Origin: Myxococcota bacterium
GTDB taxonomy: Bacteria; Myxococcota_A; Bradymonadia; UBA7976; UBA1532
Length of the DNA stretch: 32,821 bases
Direction: 5' to 3'
NCBI GenBank assembly: GCA_036337435.1
Contig: JAYZEG010000015.1
Coordinates: 1-32,821 of the forward strand
In this document: piece by piece, positions 9,194 through 16,901 of the stretch
Layout: each line of letters opens with the position of its first letter
Numbering within the stretch: position 1 is the first letter of the stretch
The notes under the pieces: model-generated
What the model saw: only the letters and a program-made list of their open reading frames with translations
Told to the model about the DNA's origin: nothing
The model's database searches: none
Made by a program: the position numbers and the translations under genes

Positions 9194-9588
9194 TCGCACT
9201 CAACGAAATCCCAACAGAGTATGGCCTCTGGCATTATTGGGTGGTCGTCTCGCTGATGATGCTGGGTCTATATATCGTCATCGCCAGAGACAATTTGATC
9301 AAACGGATCATGGGCCTGAACATTTTCCAAGCATCGGTCATCATGTTCTATGTCGCCATGGGTAAAGTCCGCGGTGGTGAGGCACCAATCTGGCCCCTCA
9401 ACACGATGGAAGGTCATTACCAAGACCGCGTTTTCTCCAATCCTGTACCCCACGTTCTCATGCTGACGGCCATCGTGGTCGGCATCGCAACCACTGCACT
9501 CGCATTGGCACTGGTGGTCCGCATTAAGGAATCGTACGGAACCATCGAGGAGGACGAGATCAGAGAGATGGACGGGTCTGTATCGTGA
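9190..9588 (+). CDS. mrpC: Mrp antiporter subunit C (NuoK-like)
   Basis: NLIKRIMGL, NPVPHVLMLTAIVVG, YGTIEEDEI; GTG at 9190 overlaps the mrpB stop (GTGA). Confidence 0.92.
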   Translation: MIALNEIPTEYGLWHYWVVVSLMMLGLYIVIARDNLIKRIMGLNIFQASVIMFYVAMGKVRGGEAPIWPLNTMEGHYQDRVFSNPVPHVLMLTAIVVGIATTALALALVVRIKESYGTIEEDEIREMDGSVS

Positions 9589-11114
9589 TTACGCATTTTC
9601 CATCTTTATTGATTGTCACGCCGCTCATCGCAGCACCGATCTGCCTGTTGTTGCGGAATGGAACCCTTGTGCGGATTTGGTCCACACTCGCGGCATGGGC
9701 CTGCCTGTACTTTGCTTGGGGGATCCTTGGACAAGTTCAGGGACTAGACGGCGAAACCATTCGATATGCAATGGGTGGCTGGGAGATGCCCCTGGGGATC
9801 GAGCTCAACATCGATGCAGCCAATGCATTCGTTGTTTTGATCATCACGGGTATCGCGTCGGTGGTCTTCCCATTCGGCCTCGGTCACAGTGGGCTATCCG
9901 GTCCTGAGGGCAAGGAACACCTCTTCTACGCGGCCTTTCTTCTTTGCATGTGCGGGCTCATGGGCATTGCCGTCACCGGCGATGCCTTTAACGTATTTGT
10001 GTTCCTTGAGATCACATCTTTATCATCATATGCGCTCATCAGTATGGGTTCATCGCGCCGCGCACTGATGGCGGCTTACAGCTACCTGATCATGGGGACC
10101 ATTGGTGGAACATTCATCCTGGTTGGTATTGGATTTGTCTACGCTCTGACCGGCACACTGAATATGGTTGATATCGCCGAGCGGCTTCCGTCGGTCATCA
10201 GCAGTCCAACGACCATCATTGCATTCGGTTTCCTCACACTGGGTGTAGGCATCAAGCTTGCAATCTTTCCGCTCTACCAATGGCTGCCGAATGCATACAG
10301 TTTTGCGCCGAGTAAAGTCACCGCATTCCTCGCAGGAACAGCAACCAAAGTCTCCTACTACGTCTTGCTGCGCTTGTTTTTTACGATTTTTGGAATCGCA
10401 TTCATTTTTAATAAACTGGGCGTCCAGAACATTCTTATGCCCCTGTCGCTTATTGCGATGTTTGTTGGGTCGATTGCAGCCATCTATCAGACCAATGCAA
10501 AACGGCTGTTCGCATACTCGTCCATTGCACAAATCGGTTACATGACTTTAGGCATTTGTCTGCTCCATCTAGACGGCCTTAAAGTGCTCAATTATGACGG
10601 GCTGACCGGTGGCATTGTTCACCTGTTTAACCATGCCATTATGAAATGTGGACTCTTTCTTATCATCGCGTGTGTCGTCTATCGAATGGGTACGGTTACC
10701 ATTGGGGAAATGAAGGGTTTTGCCTATCGAATGCCGTGGACCTTCGCAGCATTCGTCGTCGCTGGGCTCAGCATTATCGGCGTCCCAGGCACTGTCGGCT
10801 TTGTGAGTAAGTGGTACCTGGTACTCGGTGCTGTTGCGGGTGGACATTACGTCGTAGCCGGACTCATTTTATTGAGTTCATTACTGGCTGTGGTCTACGT
10901 TTGGAAGATTATCGAAGTTGGCTATTTTCAGAAACCAACTGAGCCCATTGAAAAAATTGAGGCCCCGCTCACGATGCTCGTTCCGATATGGCTGCTCATG
11001 TTTGCGGCAATCTTCTTCGGCTTCGCAACAGAGTTGACAGGTGGTGTCGCTGAGACTGCCGCTAAAACACTGCTGTCGGCGGGCGGAGCAACCTTCGGCG
11101 GAGGCACACCATGA
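9585..11114 (+). CDS. mrpD: Mrp antiporter subunit D family (NuoM/N-like)
   Basis: DAFNVFVFLEI, GIKLAIFPLYQWLPNAY, KRLFAYSSIAQIGY, HAIMKCGLF, GFVSKW; very hydrophobic. Confidence 0.92.
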   Translation: MITHFPSLLIVTPLIAAPICLLLRNGTLVRIWSTLAAWACLYFAWGILGQVQGLDGETIRYAMGGWEMPLGIELNIDAANAFVVLIITGIASVVFPFGLGHSGLSGPEGKEHLFYAAFLLCMCGLMGIAVTGDAFNVFVFLEITSLSSYALISMGSSRRALMAAYSYLIMGTIGGTFILVGIGFVYALTGTLNMVDIAERLPSVISSPTTIIAFGFLTLGVGIKLAIFPLYQWLPNAYSFAPSKVTAFLAGTATKVSYYVLLRLFFTIFGIAFIFNKLGVQNILMPLSLIAMFVGSIAAIYQTNAKRLFAYSSIAQIGYMTLGICLLHLDGLKVLNYDGLTGGIVHLFNHAIMKCGLFLIIACVVYRMGTVTIGEMKGFAYRMPWTFAAFVVAGLSIIGVPGTVGFVSKWYLVLGAVAGGHYVVAGLILLSSLLAVVYVWKIIEVGYFQKPTEPIEKIEAPLTMLVPIWLLMFAAIFFGFATELTGGVAETAAKTLLSAGGATFGGGTP

Positions 11115-12643
11115 CAGCCCAGTTTGCAATTGGAATGGCCATACTGGCACCGCTGTTAGGTGCCATAGGAATTCAGCTCACAGGTCGTTGGCCTAACCTA
11201 CGGGAGACGGTGACCTTGATCGCTGCCGGTGCAGCCTTCTTGTTTGTCCAAAGCCTGGTCAGTCTCGTATTCGGTGGCGGACGCCCAGAACTCACTCTGA
11301 TAGCCGATGTCTTGCCCGGCGTAGATTTGGCCTTTCAGGTCGAACCGCTGGGCATGCTCTACGCGTTGGTGGCGGCCAGTCTTTGGATTCCAACATCGCT
11401 TTATGCCGTAGGCTACATGCGAGGTCACAATGAAGGAAATCAGACGCGATTCTTCACCTGTTTTGCTCTGGCTATCTTTGCAGCCCTCGGAATCGCCTTT
11501 TCGAAGAACGTGTTCACACTGTTTCTCTTCTACGAGATTTTGACATTCTCGACCTATCCGCTGGTCACCCACTATGGGGACGACGAGGCAAAGCGAGCTG
11601 GTCGAATCTATATGGGGATTCTGGTGACCACGTCAGTCGCCTTCTTATTGTTGGCTGTCATTATGACCCAGGCCTTTGCCGGCACGCTCGACTTCAAGCC
11701 AGGTGGTATCCTGGCCGGCAAAGTGGATGGCCTCATGGTCCCGTTTTTACTGGCTCTATATGCTTTTGGTACCGGTAAGGCTGCGCTGATGCCATTTCAC
11801 AAATGGCTTCCTAACGCGATGGTCGCGCCCACACCCGTAAGCGCACTGCTCCATGCGGTAGCCATCGTAAAAGCGGGTGTATTTACCGTCTTAAAGGTCG
11901 TCGTCTATGTCTTTGGAATCGACTTTTTGACGACCACAGCAGCCTCAGAATGGCTCATGTGGGTTGCTGCTTTCACACTCTTGTCCTCGTCTGTTATCGC
12001 GCTGACAAAAGACAACCTGAAAGCCAGATTGGCCTACTCGACAATCAGTCAACTGGCCTACATCACCCTCGGTGCTGCGATTGCGACGAAGGCGGCCGTA
12101 GCCGGCGCAGCGTTGCACATCGCGATGCACGCCATCGGCAAGATTACCTTATTTTTCTGCGCTGGTGCGATCTACGTCGCTTTGCACAAGAAGTATATCA
12201 GTCAAATGAACGGAATCGGACGTCAAATGCCATTCACCATGGCAGCGTTCTTTCTTGGATCCATTTGCATCATCGGTCTTCCACCGATGGGTGGATCGTG
12301 GAGTAAATGGTACTTATGCCTGGGTGCTCTCGACGCAGGCCAAATGGTCTTCGTTTTTGTGCTGATGGCGAGTTCTCTTTTGAGCATCGGCTATCTGATG
12401 CCCGTTGTTTACCGAGCCTTCTTTTTCGAGCCCGACCCAGACGACCATCATCATGACCACCATGATGAACACCATGAGGATAGTCATGGCGGGCATGAAC
12501 CAAAAGACGGCTTTTGGGCCAACATCAATGAGGCGCCGATCCTATGCGTAGCGCCACTGTGCTTGACCGCCTTAGGCTGCATCGCGCTGTTTTTCCTAGC
12601 GCCGCATATCTACAACTTAGTCATCACCATCACGGAGGTTTAG
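11111..12643 (+). CDS. Second antiporter-like subunit (MrpD family with MrpA/NuoL-type motif)
   Basis: FLFYEIL, KAALMPFHKWLPNAMVAPTPVSALLHA, LKARLAYSTISQL, HAIGKITLF; His-rich loop near the C-terminus. Confidence 0.9.
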   Translation: MTAQFAIGMAILAPLLGAIGIQLTGRWPNLRETVTLIAAGAAFLFVQSLVSLVFGGGRPELTLIADVLPGVDLAFQVEPLGMLYALVAASLWIPTSLYAVGYMRGHNEGNQTRFFTCFALAIFAALGIAFSKNVFTLFLFYEILTFSTYPLVTHYGDDEAKRAGRIYMGILVTTSVAFLLLAVIMTQAFAGTLDFKPGGILAGKVDGLMVPFLLALYAFGTGKAALMPFHKWLPNAMVAPTPVSALLHAVAIVKAGVFTVLKVVVYVFGIDFLTTTAASEWLMWVAAFTLLSSSVIALTKDNLKARLAYSTISQLAYITLGAAIATKAAVAGAALHIAMHAIGKITLFFCAGAIYVALHKKYISQMNGIGRQMPFTMAAFFLGSICIIGLPPMGGSWSKWYLCLGALDAGQMVFVFVLMASSLLSIGYLMPVVYRAFFFEPDPDDHHHDHHDEHHEDSHGGHEPKDGFWANINEAPILCVAPLCLTALGCIALFFLAPHIYNLVITITEV

Positions 12644-12647
12644 AAGA

Positions 12648-12908
12648 ATGGGCGCACCTAATGATGGCGATAAAAGCTGGTTCGATGAACCCCGAAACGT
12701 AAACATTATCGTATGGACGCTTGTACTCGCATGCCTAGGCGTGATGGTCGGGGGTGAGTTTATCCATAAACATGGACATTTCGCAGTTGAGTATACGGTC
12801 CCGGGTTTCTACGGTTTGTTTGGATTTGTTGCCTATACCTGCATTATCGCAACAGCCATATTGCTGAGGAAACTCGTGATGAGACCGGAGGATTACTACG
12901 ATGAGTAA
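12648..12908 (+). CDS. Small two-TM membrane protein inside the mrp operon
   Basis: 86 aa with two hydrophobic helices, PGFYGLFGF and RPEDYYDE; starts 4 bp after the upstream stop and overlaps the downstream start. Confidence 0.8.
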   Translation: MGAPNDGDKSWFDEPRNVNIIVWTLVLACLGVMVGGEFIHKHGHFAVEYTVPGFYGLFGFVAYTCIIATAILLRKLVMRPEDYYDE

Positions 12909-14679
12909 TTATATCTTCCCGGGCTTTATCTTGATTTTTGGTGGCCTTCTACTGCCCTTGTTCCCGAAGGCTTTACGGAAGTGGGTCGCACTGGCCCTTC
13001 CGGTCATCAGCGGCTTCCACATGCATTACCTGCCGGAAGGCTACGCGCTGACGACCCAAATCTTTGACTATACACTGACACCCGTCCGAATGGACAAGCT
13101 CAGCCTGGTCTGGGGCTATGTATTTCACCTGGCAGCACTCATGAGCGTGCTGTACCAAATGCACGTCAAAGACACGCTGCAGGACGTCTCGGGGATCACG
13201 TACGCCGGTGCAGCAGTCGGGGCCGTTTTCGCTGGTGATTTAATTACGCTCTTTGTCTATTGGGAATTGACGGCCATCACGTCGGTCTTTCTCATTTATG
13301 CGAATCGAACACCAACTGCGGCGAAAATTGGGACTCGATACCTGATCATCCAAGTGGCATCGGGCGTGATTTTATTCTTCGGCGTTCTACTTTGGGTGAG
13401 AGAAACAGGCAGCGTCGACATTGGTTCGTTTACCTACAGCGAAGATAATTGGCATTTATTTGGCCCCTTCGTGAATCCAGAGACGGGCGCGCCAGTCTCG
13501 ACGGCGTCTTGGATCATCCTATTTGCATTTGGTATCAAGGCCGCCTTCCCGTTCTTGCACAATTGGCTTCAGGACTCATATCCCGCCGCAACAGCAACGG
13601 GCACCGTATTTTTAAGCGCGTTTACGACCAAATTGGCCATCTATGCCTTGGTCAGATGCTATGCAGGCACCAGTATTTTGATTCCAATCGGACTGGTGAT
13701 GACGCTCTTCCCAATCATCTTTGCAGTGATTGAAAATGACCTTCGCAAAGTGCTCGCCTACAGCCTCAATAACCAGCTTGGTTACATGGTTGTTGGTGCT
13801 GGCGTCGGTACCGAGCTCGCACTCAATGGTGCGGCGGCACATGCCTTCGCCCATATCATCTATAAAGGGCTTCTATTCATGGCGATGGGTGCTGTGCTCT
13901 ACCGAGTGGGCACGACGAAAGCCAACCAGCTAGGTGGTCTGCATAAATCCATGCCTCTGACGACCATCTTCTGCATTATCGGCTCTTTGTCCATCTCTGG
14001 TATGCCTGGATTCAGTGGATTTGTAACCAAATCGATGACCTTGTCGGCGGCTTTTGGAACCCACGATGTTCTGCTCTTCGTCGGTCTATTGATCGCGTCT
14101 GCAGGCGTCGTCGACCACTCGGGTATTAAGATCCCATTCTTTGCCTTCTTTGCGCATGATTCCGGGAAGCGGTGCAAGGAAGCACCAGTCAACATGCTGC
14201 TCGCAATGGGTATAGCAGCTTTTTTCTGCATCTTTTTGGGGATCTACCCGCAACCCCTGTATGACATTTTACCTTTCGAGGTCCGGGCCGATGTCAATGG
14301 CACAGCCTGGCACAACTACAGTGCAAGTCATGTCTACACGTCGTTTCAATTACTGTTCATGGCGGCTTTGGCATTCGTCATCTTGATGAAGACGCGGATG
14401 TATCCGCCTGAGTTGTCCTGTACCAATCTGGACACTGACGTCATCTACCGACGTTGGCTCAAGCGCACTGCGATTGTGATTGGGACAACGATTCAATCGA
14501 TTTGGGCGCGCTCAATCGGTACAATCAAAGGTCAGATTATTGGAACGGTTCAACGCGTGGGCGATCAGGCACGGCCTAATGCGACCTTGGGTGAACCATG
14601 GACGATCGGTCGAACTGCATTATGGGCTGCGATTCTACTCCTCTTTGTGTTTGTCTCCGGAATGACCAGAGTCATGTAG
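12901..14679 (+). CDS. Third antiporter-like subunit (Na+/H+ antiporter subunit D family) with C-terminal extension
   Basis: FVYWEL, GIKAAFPFLHNWL, FTTK, ENDLRKVLAYS, HIIYKGLLF, GFVTKS; long C-terminal segment followed by a final TM. Confidence 0.9.
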   Translation: MSNYIFPGFILIFGGLLLPLFPKALRKWVALALPVISGFHMHYLPEGYALTTQIFDYTLTPVRMDKLSLVWGYVFHLAALMSVLYQMHVKDTLQDVSGITYAGAAVGAVFAGDLITLFVYWELTAITSVFLIYANRTPTAAKIGTRYLIIQVASGVILFFGVLLWVRETGSVDIGSFTYSEDNWHLFGPFVNPETGAPVSTASWIILFAFGIKAAFPFLHNWLQDSYPAATATGTVFLSAFTTKLAIYALVRCYAGTSILIPIGLVMTLFPIIFAVIENDLRKVLAYSLNNQLGYMVVGAGVGTELALNGAAAHAFAHIIYKGLLFMAMGAVLYRVGTTKANQLGGLHKSMPLTTIFCIIGSLSISGMPGFSGFVTKSMTLSAAFGTHDVLLFVGLLIASAGVVDHSGIKIPFFAFFAHDSGKRCKEAPVNMLLAMGIAAFFCIFLGIYPQPLYDILPFEVRADVNGTAWHNYSASHVYTSFQLLFMAALAFVILMKTRMYPPELSCTNLDTDVIYRRWLKRTAIVIGTTIQSIWARSIGTIKGQIIGTVQRVGDQARPNATLGEPWTIGRTALWAAILLLFVFVSGMTRVM

Positions 14680-14696
14680 ACTTGGGTCGCCGGAGA

Positions 14697-16868
14697 GTGA
14701 CTCCATCTCAATGGAGCGGGCTGCTCTTGTTCATCGGCTTGTGTGTCGGCTGTCACGAGACGCCCGCCGTCGACAAAGTGAGTCCGATCACCCGATCAGT
14801 TAAAGAGCATCAGGCCGGCCAGACCACCCGGATCTCCGAGGTCACTCTCAAGCGTAAAGCCCCCCAAAAAACGCTTAAGACTTTGCTCTTCAAGCCCGGC
14901 TTATCACCCGTTTCTGATCCGCTTACGAAAAAGATTCAGTCCGAATGTGGCGCATGCCATGCGTATCCCGACCCCCAAGAGTTCACACAAGAAACCTGGC
15001 GCGCCGCAAACGCCTATATGGACCGCATCTTTAAAGAGTTCTATCCCAACTATACAAGACAGTTATCGGCTGATGTCGTCGCGGGCTACTACGAGAAATA
15101 TGCCGCGCGACAGCGGCCTACCCCCACCCTTTATCCGAGAACAACCGAGCACCACTTAAGGCCCGTACCACTTGGACCAAAGGCGAGGATCCTCGTGGAC
15201 CTCAAAAAAATGAAAGCCGGGCTGCGAGTGGTCGACATGCTGTCCGGTGAAATCATGTACACTGACCCATTGACCCCAAATAGACAACTCGCGGTCGGTC
15301 GGCACCCAGTCAGAACCAAAGGCTGGTCTGATCCAGAGCGTATCGACGAATTCTTATTCACCGACCTGGGCATATTCCGAGCAGCCGATACCAAGCGCGG
15401 ACGATTGGTTCTGGTGAGACCCGGTAAGCCAGACCACGCTTTGCTAGAAACAGCCGGACGGGTCACCGATGTCGCTGTCGGGGATCTTGACTCTGACGGG
15501 TTTAGAGACGCCGTCGTTGGCGTTTTCGGATGGCAGGAGACAGGGGGGCTCTTCGTCATCTGGGGGGCACCAAACTTGGGCGACTACAAAGTGGACAAGA
15601 TCTCCACAAATGCTGGATACATGTCCGTCAAAATCGCTCGCTTACAGCGGAACCAAAACCTCAAAATCATTGCGCAGACAGCCCAACATCATGAACAAAT
15701 CGAACTCTATTCTCTGAAAAAGAGAGCGGTCACTCGCCAAATCATCTTCAAGGCCCCCAGCGCACTTTGGGGCAGCTTGGGTATGCATGTGGTTGATATC
15801 GATCGGGACGGTGACCTCGACATCCTGCACTGGAACGGTGATACGCTGGATGCACCTAAGCTCGCGGATTGGCAAGGTGTCCATCTTTTAAAGAACAACG
15901 GGCAGACCTTTGTAAACACCCAGCTCGCCAGTCTGCCAGGAATTCACGATTTAGCGGTCGCTGACGTCGATAAAAATGGTCTGCCTGACATCGTCGCAGT
16001 CGCGAATCTGCCCCCAAGAATCACCGAGACCCTCGGCGAAGCTGCAGTCGGTCAGACCATCGGCCTCGAGTCGGTCATCAAACTCAGCCAGCTTGAGACA
16101 AATCGATTTGAAGTCAGAAGTCTTTTGCGCAACCAAACGTGCTTTGCCAGTGTTGAACTTATCGATTGGAATCAAGATGGGCAGCTCGACGTCGCGTTGG
16201 GCGGATTTGGCATTGGTTGGTCTCTCTTAAGTCATCACGGTGAGGTCGGACTCGGCCGCGAGCTAGACAACGTTTGTCGAAACGGCGGCCTATTCATATT
16301 GGGCAACACCGTTGATGAAACCGGTCGAGCAGAAAAAGGCCTGTCATCCCAAACGTTCAAAGAGGCTCTGCAACGGATTGTCGAAAATGACCCCGATGAT
16401 GCACGAAACCGGGTCAACCTAGGCAACACATACCTGGAGGATAAGAACTATCGCATGGCGACTCGGCTGTACAAAGATGCTCTCGAAATCCAGCCGGAGC
16501 AAAAAGCCGCGACCCTTAATTTGGCCTTGGTGCTGGACAGGATTGGACAGTCAACAGAAGCCAACTTCCGCTTGCAGCAGCTCGTCAAACGGTGGCCACG
16601 CTTCGCCGATGGACATGCGCAGCTTGCAACGATTTTATATAGGGCAAAAAAGTTCGAAGACGCACTCAAGCATATCGACCAAGCGATCAACTTGGCTGAA
16701 CCGAATCCGGACTATCTGACCAATAAGGGGCACATCCTAGCGGCGTTGAGACGTCTTGATGAGTCCATTGGGTCATACGAGGCGGCTCTCAAATTGAGTC
16801 CCGATCATAAGCGAGCCAAGCATTATCTCGATAAGGTTCGCCAAAGGACGCTGCTCAGAACGCCCTGA
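14697..16868 (+). CDS. Lipoprotein with monoheme cytochrome c domain, FG-GAP/VCBS repeats and C-terminal TPRs
   Basis: GTG at 14697; lipobox LCVGC; CGACH; repeats DLDSDGFRD, DIDRDGDLD, DVDKNGLPD, DWNQDGQLD; TPR motifs (NLGNTY, NKGHIL, YEAALKLSP). Confidence 0.85.
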   Translation: MTPSQWSGLLLFIGLCVGCHETPAVDKVSPITRSVKEHQAGQTTRISEVTLKRKAPQKTLKTLLFKPGLSPVSDPLTKKIQSECGACHAYPDPQEFTQETWRAANAYMDRIFKEFYPNYTRQLSADVVAGYYEKYAARQRPTPTLYPRTTEHHLRPVPLGPKARILVDLKKMKAGLRVVDMLSGEIMYTDPLTPNRQLAVGRHPVRTKGWSDPERIDEFLFTDLGIFRAADTKRGRLVLVRPGKPDHALLETAGRVTDVAVGDLDSDGFRDAVVGVFGWQETGGLFVIWGAPNLGDYKVDKISTNAGYMSVKIARLQRNQNLKIIAQTAQHHEQIELYSLKKRAVTRQIIFKAPSALWGSLGMHVVDIDRDGDLDILHWNGDTLDAPKLADWQGVHLLKNNGQTFVNTQLASLPGIHDLAVADVDKNGLPDIVAVANLPPRITETLGEAAVGQTIGLESVIKLSQLETNRFEVRSLLRNQTCFASVELIDWNQDGQLDVALGGFGIGWSLLSHHGEVGLGRELDNVCRNGGLFILGNTVDETGRAEKGLSSQTFKEALQRIVENDPDDARNRVNLGNTYLEDKNYRMATRLYKDALEIQPEQKAATLNLALVLDRIGQSTEANFRLQQLVKRWPRFADGHAQLATILYRAKKFEDALKHIDQAINLAEPNPDYLTNKGHILAALRRLDESIGSYEAALKLSPDHKRAKHYLDKVRQRTLLRTP

Positions 16869-16901
16869 GCGTCATAGAAAAAACTGCTACTCGATACCTT
16901 A

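Noticed and set aside
6928..14679. Complex I (nuo) or membrane hydrogenase operon
   Set aside because: No NuoB/C/D/H/I or NiFe subunits; MrpE/F/G/B signatures are present.
14598..14696. Longer N-terminus for the FG-GAP/TPR gene as given in the ORF track
   Set aside because: Overlaps the upstream antiporter gene; the signal peptide begins after GTG 14697.
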